Shown: one piece after another, positions 20,018 to 30,351 of the stretch
How the letters are laid out: every line of letters starts with the position of its first letter
Position numbering within the stretch: the stretch's first letter is position 1
Origin: Candidatus Bathyarchaeota archaeon
GTDB lineage: Archaea; Thermoproteota; Bathyarchaeia; Bathyarchaeales; Bathycorpusculaceae
Assembly (NCBI GenBank): GCA_963707955.1
Contig: OY970176.1
Span: 1,376,001 to 1,440,000, forward strand
Length of the DNA: 64,000 bases
Direction: 5' to 3'
The notes under the pieces: model-generated
Seen by the model: the letters and a program-made list of their open reading frames with translations, nothing else
Database searches by the model: none
Told to the model about the DNA's origin: nothing
Translations under genes and position numbers: made by a program

Positions 20018-21564
20018 TGCAGAAAGAACTCCTTTTTCAAACACCAGAAATAAAACCCGCGCCTTTTCAATTTCCAAGCTCAATAGAAAAGTATGAAGTG
20101 ATCATGGATAGGTCCAAATGTTCAATGTGTGGAGTTTGCGCCGAAGTCTGCCCATCGTGTATAGGGTCTTCATCGATCGATTATGAAGCCTACAAAAAGC
20201 CCAGCGGATACCTGCGCCTAGCCGTTCCAAAGATTTCTTGCACAGGCCTCTCTTGTAGCCGATGCGTGAACGAATGCCCGACCAAGGCTTTGTCCGTCAA
20301 ACTCAACCCACAGTACATTGCCCTCGGCGACCTCCGGTGGACTGCTGACTTAGTATTGTCAACTTGGGAACAGGCTGAAGTCGGAAAGGTATCAAAAAAA
20401 TACGAGCACAGAGTTGGAGGCTCTGGAGGAGGTTTTGACAAGCTACGATTTGATTTTGAACTTTATGACAAAGGACTTTACGCCGATGAGCTGTTTAACG
20501 AAGAAGACAGGGATACTTCTATAGTTCTGAACAAAAGAAATGATGGACGGCCAGACATCAAGATTCCCATTCCAGTCTACGGCGGGGACATGTCCTTCGG
20601 CTCCGTAAGCTTGAACGTAATGCTTGCAAGAGCCAAAGCAGCTGAAGCCTGGAACACCTTCACCAGCACGGGTGAGGGCGGCTACCCTGATGAGTTAATC
20701 CAATACAAGAATCACGTCATCACGCAAGTTGCCACCGGCCACTTTGGGGTGAACGCCAACACTGTCAAAAGAACAAAGATTATTGTTCTGAAATACGCGC
20801 AGGGCGCGAAACCCGGCTTAGGAGGACACTTACTTGCTGACAAGGTCACCCCTGATGTTGCAGCGATACGCGAGGTAGTCCCCTACATAAGTCTGTTCTC
20901 TCCATTCCCCTTTCACAACGTTTACTCCGTTGAAGATCACTACAGACACGTTCAATTGATGGAAGACATAAACCCTCAAGCCCTGATTTCTGTAAAAGTT
21001 TCAACTCCCACAGACGTTGACATGGTAGCGATCGGAAGCTATTACGCAGGAGCCCACATTCTACAAATAGACGGCGGGTACGGCGGAACAGGAGCAGCTC
21101 CTGACATAGCTAAGAAAAACATTGCCATGCCAGTTGAATATGCAATCCCAATCGTTCACAACTACTTGGTAAGAGAAGGAGTCAGAGACCAGATAACGAT
21201 AATGGCCAGCGGTGGGATAAGGACGGCATTCGATGTTGCTAAGGCTATAGCCTTAGGAGCTGACGGAGCGGTAATCGGAACAGCGGAACTAGTCGCACTC
21301 GGATGCAAAAGATGTGAAAACTGCGAAAGAGGAAAAGGCTGCCCGGCTGGTATAGCCACAACGGACCCAGCGCTTAAGTATTTCATCAACGTGGACTGGG
21401 GTTCTCAAAGAATAATCAACCTTTACAGCTCATGGAAGGCACAGTGGAGCTACATTCTGAGGAAACTTGGTTTAGAGAACATCCGAGAACTTCGACCCCG
21501 CGATGAAGTGAAGTTCAAAAAAGGCCGATCTGGGCGCATGGTTCATCTCGACCATTTGAGGTGA
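20014..21564 (+). CDS. Glutamate synthase FMN/[3Fe-4S] subunit with N-terminal ferredoxin (GltB2-like)
   Basis: MSFGSVS, TGEGG, QVATGHFGV, KYAQGAKPGLGGHL, SGGIRT..DVAKAIALGAD, CKRCENC...C. Confidence 0.93.
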   Translation: MMQKELLFQTPEIKPAPFQFPSSIEKYEVIMDRSKCSMCGVCAEVCPSCIGSSSIDYEAYKKPSGYLRLAVPKISCTGLSCSRCVNECPTKALSVKLNPQYIALGDLRWTADLVLSTWEQAEVGKVSKKYEHRVGGSGGGFDKLRFDFELYDKGLYADELFNEEDRDTSIVLNKRNDGRPDIKIPIPVYGGDMSFGSVSLNVMLARAKAAEAWNTFTSTGEGGYPDELIQYKNHVITQVATGHFGVNANTVKRTKIIVLKYAQGAKPGLGGHLLADKVTPDVAAIREVVPYISLFSPFPFHNVYSVEDHYRHVQLMEDINPQALISVKVSTPTDVDMVAIGSYYAGAHILQIDGGYGGTGAAPDIAKKNIAMPVEYAIPIVHNYLVREGVRDQITIMASGGIRTAFDVAKAIALGADGAVIGTAELVALGCKRCENCERGKGCPAGIATTDPALKYFINVDWGSQRIINLYSSWKAQWSYILRKLGLENIRELRPRDEVKFKKGRSGRMVHLDHLR

Positions 21565-21569
21565 CAGCC

Positions 21570-24134
21570 ATGGACAGAAACGATCAAAATCCAATAGTTC
21601 CAAGGAAAGAATGTGTCACAGACTATTCCAATAATCTGGTTTATGAGAAAGTGGCGGAAGGGGGATGCGGCGTCCTTGGAGTGGCCAGCTCCCTCCCGAT
21701 AAAAGGAAGACACTTACTGCAGCCACTTATTCAGATGCACAACAGGGGAAACGGTAAGGGCGGCGGCATAGCGGCGGTCGGTCTTTCTGCAAAGCAACTG
21801 GGCGTTTCGCAGAGGGTCTTGGAAGAAGATTACATATTGCAGATAGCCTACATTGACCCAAAATCAAGAATGGAAGTTGAATCTCAATTCATAAATTCGA
21901 ACCTAAACGTTGAGCACGTAGAGAAAATTCCTGTGATCGAGAACCACATAAGCATAGGCCTAGAAGTGAAACCTCCAGAAGTTTGGAGATATTTCGTAAG
22001 AGCAAAAGAAGACAGACTAAGGCAATTCATCGAAAAGAATGGATTAGAAGGGCTCGAATCTGGAAAAGCAGAGGATGAGTTCATCTACAGAAACAGTTTT
22101 GCCCTCAACAAGAAATATTACGCTTCTCTGGGCGAAAAGAAAGCCTTCGTTCTTTCTCACGGAAAAAACATTCTCGTTTTCAAAATCGTAGGATACGCTG
22201 AACAGGTTCTCCGGTACTATCAACTTGAAGACCTTGAAGCACACATTTGGATTGGACATCAAAGATACCCAACGAAGGGAAAAATCTGGCATCCCGGCGG
22301 TTCCCACCCATTCATAGGCTTGCACGATGCTCTGGTTCACAACGGCGATTTTGCAAATTATCACTCGATAACAGAATACCTGAGACAGAGAGAAATTTTC
22401 CCCTTATTCTTGACGGACACGGAGGTTGCTGCCCTATACTGGGACCTTTTGACGAGGATCTATGGATACCCGCTGGAATACGCAATTGAAGCCATTGCCC
22501 CAACGACTGAAAGAGACTTTGCGATGCTCCCAGAGAACAAGAAGAAAATCTACAAGGCTGTCCAAGCAACGCACGTTCAGAGTTCTCCAGACGGACCATG
22601 GTTCTTCATCATTGCTAGAAACAATCCTTACAAAAATGAGTTCCAGCTAATCGGCATAACTGACACCTCAATGCTGAGACCACAGGTCTTTGCACTCCAA
22701 GAAGGAGAAGTTAAATTGGGATTCATAGCCTCCGAGAAACAGGCAATAGACGCAATGGTACAAGGTCTATCGAAGGAAGACCCAAGATTCTATCCAATGT
22801 GTGACCTATACTGGTATGCCAGAGGAGGCAGCTACACTGACGGAGGCGCTTTTGTTTTCACCGTCGACAAATCAAAGAACCTCACGTGCACTGACAAGTT
22901 TGGGAAACCAATCTCAGCCACAAGACGCCAGCAACATTACAGGAGAATGAACACTCATGATCAACGTCGACCTTCCAGTTTTGATGAAAGACTAAAAGGA
23001 AGGCCAACTGCCGCCGACCTGTTCGCAATCGCTGCAAAGAACATCGAAGACTGGAGTTTCGACGAGGTGTGTTCGTTTGCAGAAACCATGAAGAAATACG
23101 CTGACAAAGGAGATGAAGAGAAATCAGTCGTTATAGAGACACTTACACTGCTAATCGACAGAAGATATGATACCGGTGGAAAGAGAAGAAGTGACATTGT
23201 CTCTCTGCTAGAAGAGAAACTTTTCACCATTTTCGATTCAGCTTCTGCAGGATCCTACGTGAACAGCAGTTACTGTTTGATCAACTCTAAAGAGAGAAAA
23301 AACCTGAGAAGCCCAACACGTTTGAGTCAAACTCTCATCATAGACGCCTCTGAATTTCAGCCCGAGGGAGAAGGCGGAACATGCCAGTTTCTTGAAAGGG
23401 CCTACGAACTGGGCTGGAAAAACTTCATCGCCTACAACTTCAGAGGGCAGAGAAACTTCGGAGCTGGTCTCGTTGCAAGAGACAAAGTTAGAATCGACGT
23501 GTATGGAAGAGTTGGCGACTGCCTTGCCGCTTTTGCAGACGGCCCAGAGTTTTACGTGCACGAAAGCGCCCAGGACTCTGTGGCTTACTGCTTCAAATCA
23601 GGAAAACTGGTAATCTTCGGAGACGCTGGAAAAGCATTCGAATACGGCGCCAAGGGCGGAGTGACGTTCATTCTGGGAGATCTAATCGACAGACCGCTGA
23701 TCAACGCTGTTGGAAGTGCCACCGCCGTAATCAACGGTTCATGCAAAGATTACATGGGCGAATCTTGCATGGCAGCGAGAGGGTTCACAATCCTAAACGG
23801 AATGACGTTTGATGACCACGGAAAAATCGCAGAGCAAGAAACCCCCTACCAAGGCGGAAACCTGTTTCCTCTCGCCGCGGCAAGCGCTGTGTACCTCAGA
23901 GACCCTAGAGAGACAGTCGGTGAAGACCAGCTTAACGGCGGCAGAATCTGCACAATCTCTGGAGAAGACTGGGGGAAAATCTTGCCGCTGCTGCACGAAA
24001 ACGAAAATCATTTCGGCATACGAGTTGAAGATCTTCTGAGCGTTGATGGGGTTGTGCGAAAGCCAGAGTGCGTGTACAGAAAAGTTGTGCCAATCGAAAT
24101 AGCTGCCCTAGCGAAATACGAAAATGGCATTTGA
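21570..24134 (+). CDS. Glutamate synthase glutamine-amidotransferase domain fused to GltB C-terminal beta-helix domain
   Basis: EGG|CGV Ntn cysteine, MHNRGNGKGGG, GHQRYPT, HNGDFANY, TDTE; C-terminal GxGxG-like repeats; GAGGTGA RBS. Confidence 0.9.
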   Translation: MDRNDQNPIVPRKECVTDYSNNLVYEKVAEGGCGVLGVASSLPIKGRHLLQPLIQMHNRGNGKGGGIAAVGLSAKQLGVSQRVLEEDYILQIAYIDPKSRMEVESQFINSNLNVEHVEKIPVIENHISIGLEVKPPEVWRYFVRAKEDRLRQFIEKNGLEGLESGKAEDEFIYRNSFALNKKYYASLGEKKAFVLSHGKNILVFKIVGYAEQVLRYYQLEDLEAHIWIGHQRYPTKGKIWHPGGSHPFIGLHDALVHNGDFANYHSITEYLRQREIFPLFLTDTEVAALYWDLLTRIYGYPLEYAIEAIAPTTERDFAMLPENKKKIYKAVQATHVQSSPDGPWFFIIARNNPYKNEFQLIGITDTSMLRPQVFALQEGEVKLGFIASEKQAIDAMVQGLSKEDPRFYPMCDLYWYARGGSYTDGGAFVFTVDKSKNLTCTDKFGKPISATRRQQHYRRMNTHDQRRPSSFDERLKGRPTAADLFAIAAKNIEDWSFDEVCSFAETMKKYADKGDEEKSVVIETLTLLIDRRYDTGGKRRSDIVSLLEEKLFTIFDSASAGSYVNSSYCLINSKERKNLRSPTRLSQTLIIDASEFQPEGEGGTCQFLERAYELGWKNFIAYNFRGQRNFGAGLVARDKVRIDVYGRVGDCLAAFADGPEFYVHESAQDSVAYCFKSGKLVIFGDAGKAFEYGAKGGVTFILGDLIDRPLINAVGSATAVINGSCKDYMGESCMAARGFTILNGMTFDDHGKIAEQETPYQGGNLFPLAAASAVYLRDPRETVGEDQLNGGRICTISGEDWGKILPLLHENENHFGIRVEDLLSVDGVVRKPECVYRKVVPIEIAALAKYENGI

Positions 24135-24236
24135 ATTCAAACCTCATTTCTAAGCATTCCCAGATAGTCTTTTTAGTCTTGTCACCGTTGGGGAAAGTGA
24201 CGAGTACGAAATGGGAAATCAACTCTGCTATGAGCG

Positions 24237-24956
24237 GTGGTCTCTGTGGAATTGCGGAAGAAGTTGGTCGAAAAGTTGCTGGACACTTACAGAACTGACG
24301 AAGCAGTCTTGGGAATCATTCAGGTCGGGTCTACAGTGAAAGGCTACGACGATGAATTTTCTGACGTTGACCTCGTGCTGGTCGTCACTGAAGAGAAGTA
24401 TGTCATGCTTGAGAAGAACTTCCAGAAAATTATTCACACCGAAGAGTATGACTTGAAATTCACAACGGTCGATATGCTTCGCGACATCAAAAACTCCAAA
24501 ATTAACGAGGATCACTGGGACTTCCAAAACTCCATTGTCCTGTTCGACAAGACAAACACTCTGGAGGAAGCATTAAGGGAGATAACGACCTACGACACGG
24601 GTTCGAGGCTGGAACGACTGAAACGATACTATCTTGGTTATTGGGAGAACACTCTGAATTCGCTGAGCTGTCTCGAACACAAGAACCGTGGGGCCGCGAG
24701 AATTTATGCTGCGATCGCCATTCAGGAATTAATGCGATTGCTTTTCAACCTAAACGAAAAATGGGCTCCTAGGACCCAGTGGGCGTTAAAAGAAATCAGC
24801 TTTCTTCACAGAAAGCCTGCGAACCTAGAAAGTCAAATACAAGGCATCTTAGAGGAGCCCACCTCTGAAAAACTTTCCCAACTATGGAAACAGACAGCCG
24901 AGCTTCTGAGAAAAGAAAGATACACTTTTGTCGATCATCCTGAGGAAATACTCTGA
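24237..24956 (+). CDS. Nucleotidyltransferase (Pol-beta superfamily) with helical C-terminal domain
   Basis: VGS..KGYDDEFSDVDL motif. Confidence 0.8.
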   Translation: MVSVELRKKLVEKLLDTYRTDEAVLGIIQVGSTVKGYDDEFSDVDLVLVVTEEKYVMLEKNFQKIIHTEEYDLKFTTVDMLRDIKNSKINEDHWDFQNSIVLFDKTNTLEEALREITTYDTGSRLERLKRYYLGYWENTLNSLSCLEHKNRGAARIYAAIAIQELMRLLFNLNEKWAPRTQWALKEISFLHRKPANLESQIQGILEEPTSEKLSQLWKQTAELLRKERYTFVDHPEEIL

Positions 24957-25097
24957 GCTTCGACTACAGTGCTGCTGAATTTCGTGTGACTTCCAAACAG
25001 AACTTTGTTCGTACTTCAACTCAACAAAGGGATGCAGAAAGCATTAAATATTACATACGTCATAATCCCCTCTAACCGAAAAATGGAAAGTGTCCTT

Positions 25098-25517
25098 ATG
25101 CCAGAAAAGAAGAAACTAGCGTTGGTAGTTCACAGCGGAACACTGGACAAACTCCTCTGCGCATGCATACTTGGGTCAACCGCAACGTCGATGGGGTGGG
25201 AAGCGCACCTCTACTTCACTTTCTGGGGTCTCCAAGCGCTCGTCAAAGGAGCAATGGAAAAAGCAGGCTTACCAAGCGATTATAAGCAGATGGAAAAGCC
25301 GATGAGAGAAAAGTTGAAACAGATGAAGTACCCGACGCCTTACGAAATGCTCAAGAGGATGAAGACTTCTGGGCTCCTGAAGATATACGCCTGCACTCCG
25401 AGCATGGAAATGTTCAGCGTCAAAAGAGAAGACCTGATTCCGGAAGTAGATGAATTGGTCGGCGCAGCAACATTCCTAAACATAGCATCAGGCGCAGACG
25501 TAACTCTCCTAGTCTAG
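25098..25517 (+). CDS. DsrE/DrsE_2 family sulfur-carrier-like protein
   Basis: SGTLDK, YFTFWGL, IYACTPSM, VGAATFL. Confidence 0.88.
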   Translation: MPEKKKLALVVHSGTLDKLLCACILGSTATSMGWEAHLYFTFWGLQALVKGAMEKAGLPSDYKQMEKPMREKLKQMKYPTPYEMLKRMKTSGLLKIYACTPSMEMFSVKREDLIPEVDELVGAATFLNIASGADVTLLV

Positions 25518-25631
25518 TTCCAGGAGCATGATCAAGGGGGATCCGCCCTTGACAAACCCTCTTTTTCTAGTGTACAAAGCTTCTAAGTAACCCATTAATA
25601 CGTCAGAACGTTAAAGGCGTGTGTCTACGTT

Positions 25632-26642
25632 GTGAAAACCATGGCTTCGAGAGGCAAGAAGACGAAGGCTCTAGCTCTCTTATCCGGCGGGTTAGACAGC
25701 ACGCTGGCAGTGAAGTTTATGCTGGATCAAGGCGTAGATGTGGAAGCAGTTAACTTTGTGAGCCCTTTCTGTCTCTGCAGAAAAGGCGGCTGTGGAGCCC
25801 CAGAGGTGGCAAAGAGCCTCAGCATACCGTTGAAAACGATCAGTGTCGGCGAGGAATACCTCAGGATAGTCAGAAAACCGCGGTTTGGCTATGGAAAGAA
25901 CATGAATCCTTGCGTTGACTGCAGAATTTTCATGCTGAAAAAGGCCAAGAAGTATGCAGAGGAAACAGGCGCGCTGTTCATCATCACCGGCGAAGTCTTA
26001 GGTCAAAGACCCATGTCACAGCATGGAAGAACTCTAAGCCTAATAGAGGAGAAAGCAGGTTTGAAGGGAAAGATCCTCAGGCCCCTGTCTGCAAGGTTAC
26101 TGTCGAAGACTGAAGCCGAAGAGAAGGGTTTCGTAAACGGAGAAGCCTTGCTCGGCATCGAGGGCCGCTCAAGAAAGAAGCAGATCAGGCTTGCTGAAAA
26201 GATGAACGTAACTGGCTACTCGTGCCCCGGCGGAGGCTGCCTACTAACGTACAAGGAATTCGCTGCTAAACTGAGAGACCTGTTTGAGCACAAGAGAAGA
26301 GTCTCCTTGAAGGACGTGCAGTTGCTGAAAGTTGGACGACACTTTAGGTTTGGAAAGAGCAAAATCATAGTCGGCAGGAACGAAACTGAAAACAACCTCT
26401 TGACCAGAATGAAGAATGCGAATGATTACTGCTTCGAAGCTCAAGACTGCGGAAGCCCCATAACTCTGCTCCAAGGACCCAAAACCAGAATCGCCATCGA
26501 GAAAGCCGCAGAGCTGACCGCTTACTACTCAGACAAGAAACAAGGCAATGTGCAAGTGAAATTCGGCAAGCAACACTGCGAGAAACCACTGAGCGTTCGA
26601 GTTCCACGGAAAGAAGAAGTAGACCAGCTCAGAGTGACCTAG
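25632..26642 (+). CDS. ThiI/MnmA-like tRNA sulfurtransferase with C-terminal DUF814 domain
   Basis: PP-loop SGGLDS, NPCVDCR, GEVLGQRPMSQ, PGGGCLL; GRHFR...GRNE.EN. Confidence 0.85.
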   Translation: MKTMASRGKKTKALALLSGGLDSTLAVKFMLDQGVDVEAVNFVSPFCLCRKGGCGAPEVAKSLSIPLKTISVGEEYLRIVRKPRFGYGKNMNPCVDCRIFMLKKAKKYAEETGALFIITGEVLGQRPMSQHGRTLSLIEEKAGLKGKILRPLSARLLSKTEAEEKGFVNGEALLGIEGRSRKKQIRLAEKMNVTGYSCPGGGCLLTYKEFAAKLRDLFEHKRRVSLKDVQLLKVGRHFRFGKSKIIVGRNETENNLLTRMKNANDYCFEAQDCGSPITLLQGPKTRIAIEKAAELTAYYSDKKQGNVQVKFGKQHCEKPLSVRVPRKEEVDQLRVT

Positions 26643-27033
26643 GAAGAATGGATGATAACTTCTTTCTCCTCAGGGAACAAGGAGTTGCCCTGACGCTCAG
26701 TCCTTTCACTTCAAGACCTAGGAAGTCACAGCTGATTTCGCTCAAATCAGACTGGAAGAACATGGAAGCATACTGCAACATGCCTGGAAACGTTGACGAT
26801 GACAGAACAGACAAAACCAGAAGACAGGGATGACGGCGAAACGCATTGCGCATCACTACCCTTGCCGAGACTGTCTGCCAAGCCTCTGCATATACTCGGC
26901 CTCAAGCCCGCGCAAAGTCAGAAGGGCCTTCCCAGCGCCCACGTGCAGTACTAGTACCTAGGGGTAAGGGGGTAGGCGTGTTAGACGGGGTGAAAACGCG
27001 AATACAGGTATGTTAAGCACCCGCGGATCTTAG

Positions 27034-27213
27034 TCATTCTTTCTTCTTTGTTGAGGCCTCATACACTTTCAAAGCTATGTAACCAAAAAACCCAGCAGCA
27101 AACAGGCCGACGCCAGTCCAGCCGACTGTGGCGTCATAATAGTTAGCGCCATACAAGAACAACACCAAGCCTAAGATCACTAGGAATAGAAGCACTAAGT
27201 CTCTCCACCACAT
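27034..27213 (-). CDS. Small 2-TM membrane protein (59 aa, below ORF-track cutoff)
   Basis: MWWRDLVLLFLVILGLVLFLYGANYYDATVGWTGVGLFAAGFFGYIALKVYEASTKKKE; TATATA upstream near 27262-27267. Confidence 0.7.
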   Translation of the reverse strand: MWWRDLVLLFLVILGLVLFLYGANYYDATVGWTGVGLFAAGFFGYIALKVYEASTKKKE

Positions 27214-27540
27214 CGAGGCAACTCCGGAAGCAAGTTTTCACCGTTCTACACTCTATCAGAGTATATAGACTTTGCCGCTCTTAGAACAGAATCATCCACC
27301 ATTGCATCCTACAGTCTGACATCAGACATCCCGACATTCGGTCATCCTTAAAACACGTTCGATCCTCCACGCCCGACACTTTGCGACCAGAGACCACAGG
27401 CAGCGCCTGAAGAATACCTGACATGCAGCCTAAAGACGACAGTACGATGATGACCACAGGGTTAATGGTCCCTCTGACTTCTGTGTTGCCGACACTCTTA
27501 TATACCAGAGGCATAGCTAGATAGCAGTTGTGAGTCAGAA

Positions 27541-28994
27541 ATGTCGGAACACGACATCAAAAAGCCTGAAACGAGAGAAGAACTCGTTAAGATGCTGACG
27601 GAAGCCGCCAAGAAAGCCGCCGAAACTCGCACGGTTACGAGAATCAAACCGACAAAGCCTACAGTGCTCGGAACGGCTGAAGCCCTGAATATACACAGAG
27701 ACACGCTTTACACGTGGCTCAAAGAATTTGATGTTGATTTCAAAGAGGTCACGGACAGCTTGCCGACAAACTTAATGTCGGAATCCGTCGAAGAATCAGG
27801 ATACGCATACTTGATTGGCGAGGCGTTAGTCGGAGAGGGAAACGAGGTTGCACACATAGACCTGCTTATAGGCGACAAGAACGGACCAGTTGGAGAAGTT
27901 TTGCAGCAGGAATGTGCAACCTGTCTGCGGGACACACACCCCTGCTGGCAGTCATAAGGCCGAACCTTCCGCCTAAACCGCACACGCTGCTCGTGCCCAA
28001 AGTCACCATAAAAAACAGTCAAGATGTGAGCAAGATATTTGGACCAGCCCAAGCTGCGGTCGCAAAAGGTGTTGCTGACGCGGTGGAAGACGGGATAATC
28101 CCCAGAGACAAGATCGACGACTGGGTCATAGTGGCCAGCGTCTTCGTGCATCCTCAAGCAAGCGACTTCCGCAAGATCTATCATTACAACTACGGGGCAA
28201 CCAAGCTGGCGCTGAAGAGGGCCCTAGCAAAGTACCCGTCGCTGGAAAAGATCTTCTACGACAAGGACAGAGCCAAACATCCAATAATGGGTTTCAAAGT
28301 GCCCCGCCTGTGGAGACCGCCGTACCTGCAGATTTCGCTTGACAACCCAGAGATAGAAAGAGCGAAGAAAGTGATAGCACAGCTGCCGGGAAGCGACAGA
28401 ATAATCCTGGAGGTTGGAACGCCTTTGCTCAAGAGATACGGAACAAAAGTGATAAACGAACTGAGAGAAGTGGCCAAGGACATCTTCTTCGTAGCCGACC
28501 TCAAAACCCTGGACGTTGGCAAAGTCGAAGTTGACCTGGCCTACGACGAAACGGCAGACGCCGTTGTTGCCTCGGGACTGGCAGTTCCTGAAACACTCGA
28601 CTCGTTCATTCACGAAGCAAAGAGACTCGGAATATACGGCGTGGTCGACATGATGAACGTTGAAGACCCACTCAAGAAACTGAAGTCGATCAAAGAGTTT
28701 CCCGACATCATCGTCCTACACAGGGGCATAGACCAAGAAACCGGAAGAACACACGGGTTGGAGATCATCCCAGAAATTAGGCAGACCTTCAAGGACAAGA
28801 AGTTCCTGATCGCTGTGGCAGGCGGAATAGTGCCAGAGACTGGAAGAGAAGCCCTGCAAAAAGGCGCTGACATAATCATCGTCGGAAGATACGTGACACA
28901 GTCAAGGGACGTTGAACACGCGGTGAGAGACTTCCTCGAAGCAACGCCTGAAATGCGAGAAGACATAGACCTCTTCAGAGTACACGTCGAGTAA
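27541..28994 (+). CDS. fae-hps: HTH-Fae-Hps: formaldehyde-activating enzyme / 3-hexulose-6-phosphate synthase with N-terminal HTH, split by a 1-nt frameshift at 27898-27902
   Basis: [20 protein letters not shown] (Fae N-term) in ORF1; [22 protein letters not shown] and Hps motifs EVGTPL, DLKTLD, LHRGID, VAGGI in ORF2; one extra T joins them as GEVFAAGM. Confidence 0.88.
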
Positions 28995-29022
28995 GCATCT
29001 GTCCCCCTTTTTCTTCTCCTGC

Positions 29023-30210
29023 CTAGGCGAAGATCTTGAAGAAGACGAAGGCAGCGAAGAATATTGCACCGGCCACAACGAAAACTTGGAGGAAACCCGA
29101 AACCTGAGCGATGAAAGGGCCGATAAACGAGCCGAATGCTCCTCCCAGCCCTATCAGAACATTGATCAGACCCGCTTTGCCCGCTGGTATAAGCTCCATA
29201 GATAGAGCAAGAATCGTCACCATAAAGACTGCAAAGAGAAATCCCATGGCGACTAGAATTCCAGTGGTCAGCAGAACGTTAAAAGATGACAGATTCAAGG
29301 CGGCGAGAAGTACGAAGGCAAGCAGGCTTCGAAACAGCACTAGTCCGGCTACGTGGGCTTTTCCAGTTGACCCCTGCGATCTTTTTCCAGCCAATGCGTA
29401 GCCCCCTATAGCTCCCCCGGAATTGAGCACGTAAATCGCGAAGACAAACCCCGCCGGCGCGATGCTGTTCACAAACACGGGCATTGGAGTGAACAGTATG
29501 CTCGTGGCAAGCGAGAAAAGCACTAGTCCGAAGCAGAAGGCTGTGACGTTCTCTCTTTTTAGTCTCTCATCTATTCTGATGCCGTCCATCATCTTGGAGG
29601 CTAGGAAAACGCCATGAGACGCGAAGTCCACCGTCTTCTCAAGACTTACAAGGCTTCTTTCAAATATCATGGGTGGGTCTACCACGAATATTGCGGAAAG
29701 AACAAATGCTATAAGGTTTAGTCCTGCGATCAGAAACAACGTGTTCGCTGGACCGAAACTATAAGTTGAAGCAAAAAAGCCTAACAGCAGACCGATTAGC
29801 GTCCCGACTTCCGTGAACCCCTCGTAGAAGGCGAAATTCTTCTCCCAATCTTGATGAGAATAAAGTTCAGAGATGAGAATGTTTTTCGGAGCTTCATGGG
29901 CAACGTGAAAAACCGACATTACCGCGTATATTACAATCAGCAAAGCTATATCCGTCGTAAACGCGAAGAGGTAGAGCAAGACGGCCGACGCGAGGAACGC
30001 AAGAAGGATGTAACGCTTATAATGCCGTGTCTTGTCGCATAAATAACCCCAGAAGAAAGAGGCAGGAATAGCCGCGAAGAGAGCGATAGCAGTGATTACC
30101 CCAACGTAGAACAGCCCATTCGCAGCGTCGATTTTAACCAAGTAAAGCGGCAGAAAAATCGAGAGTAATCCGAACCCCATTTCGTGGAAAAAGAACCCCA
30201 GACGCCACAT
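29023..30210 (-). CDS. MFS transporter
   Basis: About 12 TM helices; WGYLCDKTRHYK motif A. Confidence 0.9.
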   Translation of the reverse strand: MWRLGFFFHEMGFGLLSIFLPLYLVKIDAANGLFYVGVITAIALFAAIPASFFWGYLCDKTRHYKRYILLAFLASAVLLYLFAFTTDIALLIVIYAVMSVFHVAHEAPKNILISELYSHQDWEKNFAFYEGFTEVGTLIGLLLGFFASTYSFGPANTLFLIAGLNLIAFVLSAIFVVDPPMIFERSLVSLEKTVDFASHGVFLASKMMDGIRIDERLKRENVTAFCFGLVLFSLATSILFTPMPVFVNSIAPAGFVFAIYVLNSGGAIGGYALAGKRSQGSTGKAHVAGLVLFRSLLAFVLLAALNLSSFNVLLTTGILVAMGFLFAVFMVTILALSMELIPAGKAGLINVLIGLGGAFGSFIGPFIAQVSGFLQVFVVAGAIFFAAFVFFKIFA

Positions 30211-30351
30211 AGCCAGAAGACTTCGCAAAAGCAGGATTAAAACCTTTACAGAGCAACGGATATTTCTTCTCTGAAAAGCCCACCGCGTCTTGATAAATCC
30301 TTAATAGATAGATGCTCAACTTTCATACCACCACCTAAGAGGCTACGACGG

